The position numbers and the translations under genes are program-made. From positions 1 to 36,610 of IMG/VR virus record IMGVR_UViG_3300027732_000062: DNA of 36,610 bases. The stretch is one strand, 5' to 3'. This stretch comes from a virus (taxonomy: Duplodnaviria; Caudoviricetes). Positions 8,241-17,590 of the stretch are shown one piece after another (within the stretch, counting starts at the first letter, position 1; each line of letters begins with the position of its first letter). The notes beneath the pieces were generated by a model. The model made no database searches. It worked only from the letters and a program-made list of their open reading frames with translations, and was not told where the DNA came from.

Positions 8241-9352
8241 AAGTAGTAAAAGTTAGAAGCCCATTTATAATTGAAGTAAATGAAGCGGGTGCAATAGGTA
8301 GCAAAGTTGAATTATATATTTATCCTTATACAGGTCCATATCCTGCAAGTCCAACATATACACTATCAAAATTAAATCCAAGTACAACACAATTAAAGAC
8401 ATCTTATAATGTTTCTAATTACGTAAAAGAATATATAGATAATATAAAAGCTAATTATCTTAATTATTATGGTGCAAATACAGAACCTAATGATTATGTG
8501 CTTTTTAAAGTAAAAAGATATAAATTAGTAGGAACTACTTATACACTTTTAACTGATGTTGATTATATAGGTTTAAATGGATTTACAGATTATACAGAAG
8601 GAAATCAAAACCCAGGTACTTCATTTGTAAATCTTTTAACAAATACAAATATTAATAATTACTATTATAAACAAACTACATACCCAAATGATTTAATTCA
8701 ATATGTAAACTTATTATTTGATAAAACAACTACGAATACAACTATTGTAAATATAAAATACGAAAGAATTGATGGTGTTGTTTATAATAACAATTCAGAT
8801 TTGGCAGTTGGTTTTGCAGGTATTTTTAATATAAAACTTCCAATTACTTTAGCTAAATTAGATTCAAATTTTATTAACGGTTGTAAAGTCACAATCACAT
8901 ACACACCTGCTGCAGGAAGTCCTATAGTTAAATCATTTTATACATACCCAATTGAAGAATGTAAATACACTCCAGTACTTTGTGACTTTATAAATAGATA
9001 CGGAGGTTGGCAAACAATTACTTTTTTCAAGGCTCAGACAAATGCTGTAAGTGTAAAAGGTTCGGAATATAATTTACTTCCTGATGCAATTGATTATAAT
9101 ATATATAAAGGGCAAAGCAAAGTTTTTAACATAAACGGAACACAAACTGTTAAATTAAATACGGGTTGGGTTGATGAAAATTACAATGAGTTAATAACTG
9201 ATTTGTTATTGAGTGAAACTGTATTATTGGATAATAAACCCGTAAAAGTTAAAACACAATCACATACTTACAAAACACAATTAAAAGATAAAATGATAAA
9301 CTTTGAAATTGATTTTGAATATGCTTTTGATTTAATAAATGACGTTGTATGA
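8237..9352 (+). CDS. Tail tip/distal tail structural protein
   Basis: 371 aa beta-rich; FINRYGGW and LNTGWVDE motifs; tail context. Confidence 0.6.
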   Translation: MKVVKVRSPFIIEVNEAGAIGSKVELYIYPYTGPYPASPTYTLSKLNPSTTQLKTSYNVSNYVKEYIDNIKANYLNYYGANTEPNDYVLFKVKRYKLVGTTYTLLTDVDYIGLNGFTDYTEGNQNPGTSFVNLLTNTNINNYYYKQTTYPNDLIQYVNLLFDKTTTNTTIVNIKYERIDGVVYNNNSDLAVGFAGIFNIKLPITLAKLDSNFINGCKVTITYTPAAGSPIVKSFYTYPIEECKYTPVLCDFINRYGGWQTITFFKAQTNAVSVKGSEYNLLPDAIDYNIYKGQSKVFNINGTQTVKLNTGWVDENYNELITDLLLSETVLLDNKPVKVKTQSHTYKTQLKDKMINFEIDFEYAFDLINDVV

Positions 9353-11352
9353 TAGTAGTAGGAATATACATAAAGAATTTATCTACATTAGAATATGATA
9401 GGGTTGAGTTATTTGCTGACGAAAAAATAAGCGTTACAAGTTCTATTCAAAACATAAATGATATAGGTAAAACATACACTGATTTTAGCCAAACATTTAC
9501 AGTTCCAGCTACTAAAAACAATAATAAGATTTTCAAACATTGGTATGAAAATTCAAATGATAATGGATTTAGCACATTAGTTAAAGCAGATGCGTATATT
9601 GAAATAGATACTATACTTTTTAGAAGTGGTAAGATACAGTTAGAAAGTGCGAATGTAAAAAATGGTAAACCACAAGATTACAGTATTACTTTCATAGGTA
9701 TGTTAGGAAGTTTAAAAGATAAATTTGGTGGCAAAAATTTAAATGTAATAGATTTATCTTCAAGTACAATTTCTTACAACGGAACAATAGTTAAAAACAG
9801 AGTTCAAAATACAGGTACATTTAATGTTAGATTTCCATTAATATCTTCTGATAGATTATGGGCAGAAACAGGAACAACGCAAAATGTAACAACTACTGGT
9901 GGTGCTATAAGTTATTTAGAATTATTTCCTGCTATAAAATTAAATAAAATATTTGATGCTATTGGTGCTTATTCTGGAGTTACTTTTAATGGCAACTTTT
10001 TATCTGATGCAAGATTTACAGATGCATTTTTATATTTAAAAAACGCTGAGCAATTTACATTAAAAACATTGCCTACTGTAATTGATTTTACTACAACTTC
10101 GGGAGATATAACATTTGCAACATTTAATACTACAACTGACAAAGCAACATTATCTAATTACGATGCACCAGTTGGAAATACTTATGTATCAGCATCAATT
10201 GATTTCAATATAAAATTTACTGTTGCAAATCTTGAATTTAATATTTTAGTTTATAAAGATGGAGTTTTACAAAATACATTTACTAAATTAACAAAAACAG
10301 CATTAACATCTTATAGAATCTTTAATACTACTTCGCCTATTGGTGATTTCGCAGGAGTATATAATTATGTAATTACAGCTGAAGAACCAGTATCATTTAC
10401 TGATGTAAATATAAAATATAATTATACCTATGAAAATGATATTACAAGCGTACAAACAACAAAAATATTAACAGTTACAAAACCAACAGCACCAACCGTA
10501 ACTACAACTTCAAATATAGATTTATCATCTTATATTCCTGATATAAAAATAGAAGATTTCTTTAGTGGTATTTTAAAACAATTTAATTTAACTTGTTATT
10601 CAGAAACTGCAAATGTTTATACTATAAATACTATTGAAACTTATTATTCATTAGGAACAATTAAAGACATTACAAAGCATATTAAATCTGATAGCGTAAA
10701 TTTAAATAGGTCAAAAACATATAAGAAAATAAATTTTGATTACGAGAAAAGCAATTGTTTTTTATCACAAAAATATCTTTCAAATAATGGTGTTGAGTAT
10801 GGAAATTTAAAAGCTGACTTAGGAACTGAAGGCGAAGATTATGCTGTGAAATTACCATTTGAAAATTTATTGTTTTCAAAGTTTACAAATCAAGATTTAC
10901 AGCTTGGATATTGTTTAGATAGTAATTATCAACCATATATTCCTAAGCCAATTATATTATATAATTATGGTATTGTAAGTTCAAGTTTTTATATAAATGA
11001 TGGTTCTGCCGATTATTTATTAACTAATTACAATGCATTTGGACAAGATTTATTAGTAAGTGGAATTAACTATTCTTTAAATTTTGGTTCAGACATTAGT
11101 AGCTTATTATTATATCCAATAGAAAATAGTTTATACAATCAATATTACGAAAAATATTTAGTTAATATATTTAACTATAAAGCACGTTTAATTAAGGTTA
11201 GTGCTATACTACCAACATCAATATTAACTACGCTTAAATTGAATGATAGACTTATAATAAGAGATAAAAGATATATTATAAATTCATTCACAACGGATTT
11301 AACAACAGGTGAAGCATCGTTTGAATTATTAACTGACTTAAGAACATTATGA
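9349..11352 (+). CDS. Tail tip/baseplate hub-like structural protein
   Basis: 667 aa; FSQTFTVPATKNNNKIFKHWY N-terminus; precedes the tape measure gene. Confidence 0.6.
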   Translation: MIVVGIYIKNLSTLEYDRVELFADEKISVTSSIQNINDIGKTYTDFSQTFTVPATKNNNKIFKHWYENSNDNGFSTLVKADAYIEIDTILFRSGKIQLESANVKNGKPQDYSITFIGMLGSLKDKFGGKNLNVIDLSSSTISYNGTIVKNRVQNTGTFNVRFPLISSDRLWAETGTTQNVTTTGGAISYLELFPAIKLNKIFDAIGAYSGVTFNGNFLSDARFTDAFLYLKNAEQFTLKTLPTVIDFTTTSGDITFATFNTTTDKATLSNYDAPVGNTYVSASIDFNIKFTVANLEFNILVYKDGVLQNTFTKLTKTALTSYRIFNTTSPIGDFAGVYNYVITAEEPVSFTDVNIKYNYTYENDITSVQTTKILTVTKPTAPTVTTTSNIDLSSYIPDIKIEDFFSGILKQFNLTCYSETANVYTINTIETYYSLGTIKDITKHIKSDSVNLNRSKTYKKINFDYEKSNCFLSQKYLSNNGVEYGNLKADLGTEGEDYAVKLPFENLLFSKFTNQDLQLGYCLDSNYQPYIPKPIILYNYGIVSSSFYINDGSADYLLTNYNAFGQDLLVSGINYSLNFGSDISSLLLYPIENSLYNQYYEKYLVNIFNYKARLIKVSAILPTSILTTLKLNDRLIIRDKRYIINSFTTDLTTGEASFELLTDLRTL

Positions 11353-11495
11353 TAAAACACATTTTAGAATTATTAGCATTGCACGAACATTACGGACAAA
11401 GCGAAGTAATAGAAATAGCGAAAGGAAAATATAAATTAATAACTACTTGGAGTCAAGTATTTGAACAAATAAAAAGACAATGGAGAATAAGGTAG
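11349..11495 (+). CDS. Hypothetical 48-aa protein
   Basis: MIKHILELLALHEHYGQSEVIEIAKGKYKLITTWSQVFEQIKRQWRIR; fills the gap with coupled ends. Confidence 0.7.
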   Translation: MIKHILELLALHEHYGQSEVIEIAKGKYKLITTWSQVFEQIKRQWRIR

Positions 11496-13330
11496 TTACA
11501 TTAAAAATAGAAAGCAATTTAAATAGTATAACTAAAGACGTTAAAAAATTAGGTAATACTTTTGAAGATACTGCTGACGAAATAAAAGGCATACAGCAAT
11601 CAACTAAAAGTGCTGAATCAGGAGTTAAATCTTTGGCTGATGGATTTAAAGGAATGGGCTTAGCTATTAAAGCAATCGGTATTGGTTTAGTAATGGAGGC
11701 TTTTAATTTATTTAAAGAAGTCTTAGGTAAGAATCAAAAAGTAGTAGATGGTTTTAATACCGTTATTGGTGCTTTATCTATTGCGTTTAATGATTTGTTT
11801 GGTTTTGTTTTTGATAATTTCCCTACAGTAATTAAAATCTTTAAAGATGTATTTGAAAACCCTACTACCTATTTAAAAAAGTTTGGTGATTTAGTTAAAG
11901 AAAATTTAATTGAAAGATTTAATTCGTTTTTAGATACTATAGGTTACGTTGGTGAATCAATTAAAAAAGTATTTGAAGGTGATTTTGCAGGTGCTATGGA
12001 ATCTGTAAAGAAAGCAGGTAAAGAATCATTAGATGTTTTAACAGGTGTTAATAATTCATTTGATAAAGGTAAGAAAATAGTTGGTGATGCTGCTGCTGCA
12101 ATTGGTAACTATGCAATAAAAACTTTAAAAGCATCTGAAGCAAATGTTAATTTACAAAATTCTGCTTTAATAGCTGCTGCTGAACAAGCTAAATTAGTTG
12201 AAAAGTATGATGCTGATGCTGAAAAGTTAAGAAAGATTAGGGATAATGATTTGTTATCAGTTAAAGATAGAATAAAAGCAAATGATGATTTAAAACAAGT
12301 TTTAAAAAATCAATCAGATGCAATGAAAACACTTGCGGCTAAACAAGTAGAAGCAGCAGAAGCAACTTATAAATTAAATGATTCAACAGAAAATCACGTT
12401 GCATTAATAAACGCACAAGGAAACGCTTTAGGTGTTGTTGCACAAATAGAAGGATTAACAAGTGAACAAGAATCTAATAGGGTATCATTAAAAAAAGAAT
12501 TAAATGAATTAGACCAAACCAAATTAGAAAATATAAATGCTTTAACAATTGAGCAAAAGAAATTTAATGAAACTTTAGAAAATGATGAATTAAAAAAACT
12601 TGAAAATCAAAGGTTAAATTTAGAAGAAGAAAAAAGAATTGAACTTTTAAGATTACAAGATAAAATAAATAAAGCTGCTGAAGGTACAAAAGCAAAATTA
12701 GATGCTGAAAATGAATATGCAATTAAAACTCAAGAAATTGATAACGCTTTAACAACTAATAAAAAAGCTATTGCTGATGAAGAAATAAAAATTGAAAAAG
12801 CAAAAGCCGACCAAAAGAAAGCTATACAAGATGCTGAATTTGCTTTAGCATCAGGGGCTGTTAATTTTTTAAAAGAAATTGGTGGTAAAAGTAAAGCAAT
12901 TCAAAAAGCGGCTATTATTGCTGAAAATGCAATAGGTATAGGTAAAATGATTATTGCTAATAACGCTGCTAATATTGGTGCGTTAGCAACACCACAAGCA
13001 ATTGCATCAAGTGGAGTTTCTGCTATTCCTGTTATAGCAATGAATAATATTACAACTGCATTAGGTGTTGCAACTACAATAGCGGCAACTGCAAAAGCAT
13101 TAAGTGCTGTTGGTGGTGGTTCTGCAGGTAGTGCTGGTTCTGTTGGTGGTGGTATGTCTGCTTCTGCTGCTCCTTCATTTAACGTTGTAGGTACTTCAGG
13201 AACAAATCAATTAGCACAAACAATAGGTTCACAACAACAACAACCTATTAAGGCTTATGTAGTAGCGAATGATGTAACAACTCAACAAGGCTTAGATAGA
13301 AATATAGTACAATCAGCAAGTATTGGATAA
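11480..13330 (+). CDS. Tail tape measure protein
   Basis: 616 aa, Ala/Lys/Glu-rich coiled coil with hydrophobic Gly/Ala segments. Confidence 0.78.
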   Translation: MENKVVTLKIESNLNSITKDVKKLGNTFEDTADEIKGIQQSTKSAESGVKSLADGFKGMGLAIKAIGIGLVMEAFNLFKEVLGKNQKVVDGFNTVIGALSIAFNDLFGFVFDNFPTVIKIFKDVFENPTTYLKKFGDLVKENLIERFNSFLDTIGYVGESIKKVFEGDFAGAMESVKKAGKESLDVLTGVNNSFDKGKKIVGDAAAAIGNYAIKTLKASEANVNLQNSALIAAAEQAKLVEKYDADAEKLRKIRDNDLLSVKDRIKANDDLKQVLKNQSDAMKTLAAKQVEAAEATYKLNDSTENHVALINAQGNALGVVAQIEGLTSEQESNRVSLKKELNELDQTKLENINALTIEQKKFNETLENDELKKLENQRLNLEEEKRIELLRLQDKINKAAEGTKAKLDAENEYAIKTQEIDNALTTNKKAIADEEIKIEKAKADQKKAIQDAEFALASGAVNFLKEIGGKSKAIQKAAIIAENAIGIGKMIIANNAANIGALATPQAIASSGVSAIPVIAMNNITTALGVATTIAATAKALSAVGGGSAGSAGSVGGGMSASAAPSFNVVGTSGTNQLAQTIGSQQQQPIKAYVVANDVTTQQGLDRNIVQSASIG

Positions 13331-13332
13331 TT

Positions 13333-13362
13333 AAAACAAATAAAAATTAAATTAATTATAAT
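13333..13362 (+). promoter_or_regulatory. Candidate late promoter
   Basis: AAAACAA-N13-TAATTATAAT. Confidence 0.6.
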
Positions 13363-13376
13363 TAAAAAAATATAAT

Positions 13377-13967
13377 ATGAGAATAGTTGAATTAATAATA
13401 GACGAAACTGAAAAGTTAAACGGAATAGAGGCGGTGTCAATCGTTGAATTTCCTGCCATAGAGTCCAATTTCATTGCATTAAGCGAACATTTAGAACTTG
13501 CAAAAGTAGATGATGAAAAAAAGATTTTAATGGGAGCTGCATTAATACCAAATAAAAACATTTATCGTAGAAATGGTAATGATGAATATTATATTTTCTT
13601 TTCAGAAGATACAGTACGCAAAGCAAGTGAATTGTTTTTAATGAATTCAAATCAAAACAACGCTACATTAGAACACGAAAAGAAACTAAAGGATTTAACT
13701 GTAGTTGAATCTTGGATAGTTGAAGATGTAGATATGGATAAATCTAAAAAGTATGGCTTAAATGCACCCGTAGGCACTTGGATGGTATCTATGAAAGTAA
13801 ACAATGAAGCTATATGGAATGACTTTGTTAAAACAGGAAAAGTTAAAGGCTTCAGCATCGAAGGATATTTTTCGGACAAATTAGAAATGAGTTTAGAAAT
13901 TGCAAAAGAACAAGAACTATTAGATAAAATAAAATCAATTATAAATAATGCTGAAATTAATAAATAA
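13377..13967 (+). CDS. Prohead maturation protease (XkdF-like serine protease)
   Basis: GAALIP, NATLEH, VVESW, PVGTW, VKGFSIEG motifs; upstream of scaffold and capsid. Confidence 0.8.
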   Translation: MRIVELIIDETEKLNGIEAVSIVEFPAIESNFIALSEHLELAKVDDEKKILMGAALIPNKNIYRRNGNDEYYIFFSEDTVRKASELFLMNSNQNNATLEHEKKLKDLTVVESWIVEDVDMDKSKKYGLNAPVGTWMVSMKVNNEAIWNDFVKTGKVKGFSIEGYFSDKLEMSLEIAKEQELLDKIKSIINNAEINK

Positions 13968-13971
13968 AATT

Positions 13972-14157
13972 ATGGGACAAAAAACAAGTTCACCAAAAGG
14001 TGGTAAAAGAGGTTGCGTATGTAAAGACGGAACATACAGTTCAAAATGTTGCAATGGAGAATTATCAGAACAAGGAATTGGTGCTTTGACAAATCAACAA
14101 GTTGTTGTAACAACTAACACCGATAACACAAGAACTATAACTAATGTAAGTTCGTAA
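13972..14157 (+). CDS. Small Cys-rich head-operon protein (61 aa)
   Basis: MGQKTSSPKGGKRGCVCKDGTYSSKCCNGELSEQGIG; start taken at ATG 13972. Confidence 0.7.
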   Translation: MGQKTSSPKGGKRGCVCKDGTYSSKCCNGELSEQGIGALTNQQVVVTTNTDNTRTITNVSS

Positions 14158-14160
14158 TTT

Positions 14161-14190
14161 ATAACAAATATAAATAAAAGTAATTAATAA
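14161..14190 (+). promoter_or_regulatory. Candidate late promoter
   Basis: ATAACAA-N13-TAATT. Confidence 0.5.
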
Positions 14191-14202
14191 AAAAAAAGTA
14201 AT

Positions 14203-14580
14203 ATGACAACTGAAAAATTAGTAATGAATTCTTTGTTTGGAAAAACAGAATTAGCATCACAAAAAATTGAATTAGCTTTAGTTGATGATTTTAATAAAGA
14301 CTATCAAAAACTAAATGATGTTTTTTTTAAAGCAGAAACAAACGTAGTTGATTACAATGAATTATCAAATAAAATAGCAAGTGATTTTAATTCAGCAGGT
14401 TCAGTTTTATTAAGTGCAAATAAAAAATTTGAAGATGTATTAAAATCTGCAAAAGATTTAGGAATTGATTTACCTGCACAAATAAAAAATCAAGGTGAAG
14501 CATTAAAACTTTATGCTAAAGATATAGATTATTATGTTACTAAATTAAAAAGTAATAAAATAGCTTTAAGAAACGGATAA
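14203..14580 (+). CDS. Putative internal head (cargo) protein 1 with scaffold-like N-terminal leader
   Basis: MTTEKLVMNSLFGKTELASQKIELALVDD...AKDLGI; paralogue of 16812..17159. Confidence 0.6.
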   Translation: MTTEKLVMNSLFGKTELASQKIELALVDDFNKDYQKLNDVFFKAETNVVDYNELSNKIASDFNSAGSVLLSANKKFEDVLKSAKDLGIDLPAQIKNQGEALKLYAKDIDYYVTKLKSNKIALRNG

Positions 14581-14605
14581 TAATAAATAAGTAAATTAAG
14601 TAAAT

Positions 14606-15145
14606 ATGAATGTAATTAATGAAATCAAAACTCTTTTGGGTATGGAAGTAAAACTTGCTCAAATGAAACTTAAAGATGGTGTTACAGTAATCGAAGCAGA
14701 TGCTTTTGAACCTGAACAAGCTGTTTTTATAGTAAACGGTGAAGAACGTATTGCAATGCCAGTTGGTGAATACGAACTTGAAGATGGAATGATTTTAGTA
14801 GTAGCCGTTGAAGGTATTATTGCTGAAATTAAAGAAGCTGCAGTTGTTGAAGAAGAAGCACCTGAAACAGAAGTTGAAGTTGAAGTTGAAGCACAAGCTG
14901 AAACAGTTGCAACTCCTAAAAGAATTGTTGAATCAGTTTCTAAAGAAATGTTCTTTGCTGAAATTGAAAAACTAAGAACTGAAATTGCTGAATTAAAATC
15001 AGTAAAACAAGAATTAAGTTCAGAAGTTGTTGTTGAACCATTAACACACTCACCTGAAGTTAAAAATGAAGTTAAACTAAATAAAATATCAACTAACCGC
15101 CAAATGACGACACAAGATATCGTTATGGCAAAACTTTTTAATTAA
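14606..15145 (+). CDS. Capsid scaffolding protein
   Basis: Highly acidic 179 aa directly upstream of the capsid gene; PVGEYELEDG motif. Confidence 0.78.
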   Translation: MNVINEIKTLLGMEVKLAQMKLKDGVTVIEADAFEPEQAVFIVNGEERIAMPVGEYELEDGMILVVAVEGIIAEIKEAAVVEEEAPETEVEVEVEAQAETVATPKRIVESVSKEMFFAEIEKLRTEIAELKSVKQELSSEVVVEPLTHSPEVKNEVKLNKISTNRQMTTQDIVMAKLFN

Positions 15146-15151
15146 TAAATT

Positions 15152-16096
15152 ATGGCTACTACAACTAATGTGACGACTACGTATGCTGGAGAATTTGCTG
15201 GAAAATACATTTCTGCTGCATTATTATCAGGTTCTACTATTGCAAATGGTGGAATCGAAGTTAAACCAAATGTAAAATACAAAGAGGTTATCAAGAAAAT
15301 TGCTACTGATTCAATCGTAGCTAATGCAACTTGTGATTTTACTTCTACTTCTACAGTTACTTTGACTGAAAGAATTTTGACCCCTGAGGAATTCCAAGTA
15401 AATCTTGAATTTTGTAAAAAAACGTTTAAATCGGATTGGGAAGCCGTTCAAATGGGATATTCTGCATTTGATAACTTGCCACCTGCTTTTGCTGATTTTA
15501 TTTTAGCACACGTTGTTGCTAAAGTTGCAGAAAAAATGGAAAACAATATTTGGAAAGGTGTTAATGCTACTGCAGGTGAATTTGATGGATTTGTAACATT
15601 GGCTACTGCTGATGCTGGAGTTATTGATGTAGCTTCTCCTATTGCTGGTGGAATTACTGCTGCAAATGTTATCGGTGAACTTGGGAAACTTGTTGATGCT
15701 ATTCCTGCTGCATTGTACGGAAAAGAAGATTTATATCTTTATATTTCACAATCTGTAGCTCGTGATTATGTTCGTGCTCTTGGTGGATTTGGTGCAAGTG
15801 GATTAGGTGCTAACGGTACAAACGCACAAGGTACACAATGGTTTAACAATGGTTCACTTTCTTTTGATGGTGTTAAAATCTTTGTTGCAAATGGATTGGC
15901 TAACGATTATATGATGGCTGCTCAAAAATCTAACTTATATTTTGGAACAGGTTTATTAGCTGACCACAACGAAGTTAAATTAATTGATTTAGCAGATATT
16001 GACGGTTCAGAAAATGTAAGAGTTGTAATGAGATTTACAGCTGGTGTTCAATACGGAATTAGTTCTGATATCGTTCTTTACACACCTGCAGCATAA
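15152..16096 (+). CDS. Major capsid protein
   Basis: 314 aa Ala/Gly/Thr-rich, follows the scaffold, ends at a terminator. Confidence 0.88.
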   Translation: MATTTNVTTTYAGEFAGKYISAALLSGSTIANGGIEVKPNVKYKEVIKKIATDSIVANATCDFTSTSTVTLTERILTPEEFQVNLEFCKKTFKSDWEAVQMGYSAFDNLPPAFADFILAHVVAKVAEKMENNIWKGVNATAGEFDGFVTLATADAGVIDVASPIAGGITAANVIGELGKLVDAIPAALYGKEDLYLYISQSVARDYVRALGGFGASGLGANGTNAQGTQWFNNGSLSFDGVKIFVANGLANDYMMAAQKSNLYFGTGLLADHNEVKLIDLADIDGSENVRVVMRFTAGVQYGISSDIVLYTPAA

Positions 16097-16107
16097 TTAT
16101 TATAAAT

Positions 16108-16129
16108 AGGGGTGTAAAAACCCCTTTTT
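16108..16129 (+). terminator. Intrinsic terminator after the capsid gene
   Basis: AGGGGT-GTAAAA-ACCCCT followed by TTTT. Confidence 0.8.
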
Positions 16130-16186
16130 ATTAATTTAAAAAAGTAGATAACTACTTGATTATTAACAATTTAAATATAAAACGGG

Positions 16187-16729
16187 ATGCCTTGTGATAT
16201 TTCTTTGGGACGTGCTGAACAATGCAAAAATAGCGTTGGAGGCTTAAGAGCTGTATACTTCATTAATTGGGGTGATGCAACAGCTGTAACTTATTCTGCA
16301 ACTGCAGGACAAGAAGATGTTATAACTGGATTAGGTGGAACTCCTATTGGTTATAAATATGAATTGAAGGGAACTTCAACTTTTGAACAAACTGTAACAA
16401 GTTCAAGAGAAAACGGAACTACATTTGTAGACCAAAAATTAAGTTTGAGTTTAGCTAAATTAACTATTGCAGATAATAAGCAACTTAAATTACTTAGTTA
16501 CGGAAGACCTCAAGTTATTGTTGAAGATAACAATGGTTCTTTCTTTATGGCAGGTTTAACAAAAGGTATGGACTTAGTAACTGCAACTATTTCAAATGGT
16601 GCTGCTATGGGTGATATGAGTGGGTATAAAATGGAATTTCAAGGAATGGAGCCTGTTGCTGCTAACTTTGTAACTGGACCATTAACTACAGGTATTTTAG
16701 CTTCTATTGTTGAAGGTACTGTAGCATAA
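16187..16729 (+). CDS. Major tail (tube) protein
   Basis: 180 aa; CKNSVGGL, SRENGTTF, VIVEDNNG, GAAMGDMSGY. Confidence 0.7.
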   Translation: MPCDISLGRAEQCKNSVGGLRAVYFINWGDATAVTYSATAGQEDVITGLGGTPIGYKYELKGTSTFEQTVTSSRENGTTFVDQKLSLSLAKLTIADNKQLKLLSYGRPQVIVEDNNGSFFMAGLTKGMDLVTATISNGAAMGDMSGYKMEFQGMEPVAANFVTGPLTTGILASIVEGTVA

Positions 16730-16749
16730 TTTTATTATTTGTTTTTTTT

Positions 16750-16785
16750 AAAAGGGGTTTATGGTTAAAGTAAATCCCTTTTTTT
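16750..16785 (+). terminator. Intrinsic terminator
   Basis: AAAAGGGGTTTA...TAAATCCCTTTT followed by a T run. Confidence 0.8.
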
Positions 16786-16811
16786 AAACAATAACTTTTA
16801 AATATAAAAAA

Positions 16812-17159
16812 ATGAGTGAATTAAAAACGGTAATGAATAAATTATTCAAAACTGAATTATCAATTCAAAAAGTTGAACTTGCTTTAATTGATGATATTGA
16901 AAAAATATTAGATGGTGCATTATCTAAACAAAGAAATTTAATTGCTTCAGGTTTAAAAATATCTGAAGGATTATTAGCATTAACTTCTGATTATCAGAAA
17001 ACATTAAGTATGGCTATTCAAGCAGCAAATATGGCAAAAGAATTAGGTATTACTGATGCTGAAAAATTGTTTAGAGTTAGAGCATCTGAAGCAAAAGATT
17101 ATCTTGATGTTGTAGGTAAAGTTTCTAATCAAATTGATTCTGCTTTACGTTCTATATAA
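16812..17159 (+). CDS. Putative internal head (cargo) protein 2 with scaffold-like N-terminal leader
   Basis: MSELKTVMNKLFKTELSIQKVELALIDD...AKELGI; paralogue of 14203..14580. Confidence 0.6.
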   Translation: MSELKTVMNKLFKTELSIQKVELALIDDIEKILDGALSKQRNLIASGLKISEGLLALTSDYQKTLSMAIQAANMAKELGITDAEKLFRVRASEAKDYLDVVGKVSNQIDSALRSI

Positions 17160-17164
17160 TTAAT

Positions 17165-17200
17165 AAAAAAAGGGTAACTTAATTGCTACCCTTTTCTTTT
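17165..17200. terminator. Bidirectional terminator between convergent genes
   Basis: A6-AGGGTAAC-TTAATT-GCTACCCT-TTTCTTTT. Confidence 0.75.
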
Positions 17201-17373
17201 TGTGATTCTTCCATTATTAACCGCATATTAGTTATTTCAAGTCGAAGATTACTTATAATATTTTCCGAAGCTTTTAATTTACCTTCTGCACTATATTTAT
17301 ATCTATCTAAAGATTTATTTTCTATTTTTAAATCTACTATTTCTTCTATTAAATATTTTACTACTTCTTTCAT
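17179..17373 (-). CDS. 64-aa coiled-coil accessory protein
   Basis: Second gene of the minus-strand cassette; AAAAAAATTATG start context. Confidence 0.72.
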   Translation of the reverse strand: MKEVVKYLIEEIVDLKIENKSLDRYKYSAEGKLKASENIISNLRLEITNMRLIMEESQKEKGSN

Positions 17374-17380
17374 AATTTTT

Positions 17381-17512
17381 TTACATTAATTTATTTAAGT
17401 TAAACACAAATTGACTACCATCTTCAAACCTAAACAAGCCAAAGTTTTTATTTGTTTGTATTAAAGTTCCTATTGTATTATTCCAAAACTTATACTTTGT
17501 TCCTATTTCCAT
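17381..17512 (-). CDS. 43-aa accessory protein
   Basis: Manual translation MEIGTKYKFWNNTIGTLIQTNKNFGLFRFEDGSQFVFNLNKLM, just downstream of a minus-strand promoter. Confidence 0.7.
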   Translation of the reverse strand: MEIGTKYKFWNNTIGTLIQTNKNFGLFRFEDGSQFVFNLNKLM

Positions 17513-17536
17513 TTTTTTTGTTTTAAATTGTTTTGA

Positions 17537-17586
17537 CAAATATATAAAACTTTATAATACAAAACTTACTTTAACAAATATTTAAC
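17537..17586 (-). promoter_or_regulatory. Early-type promoter, minus strand
   Basis: Reverse complement reads GTTAAATATTTGTTAA-N26-TATATTTG. Confidence 0.8.
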
Positions 17587-17590
17587 TATT

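Noticed and set aside
16142-16170. AAGTAG-ATAA-CTACTT hairpin and TAACTACTTGATTATTAA before the tail tube gene as a recombination site
   Set aside because: Single occurrence seen, short stem, and no recombinase in the genome.
17183-17389. + strand 68-aa ORF
   Set aside because: Antisense shadow of the promoter-supported minus-strand gene, and it starts inside the terminator.
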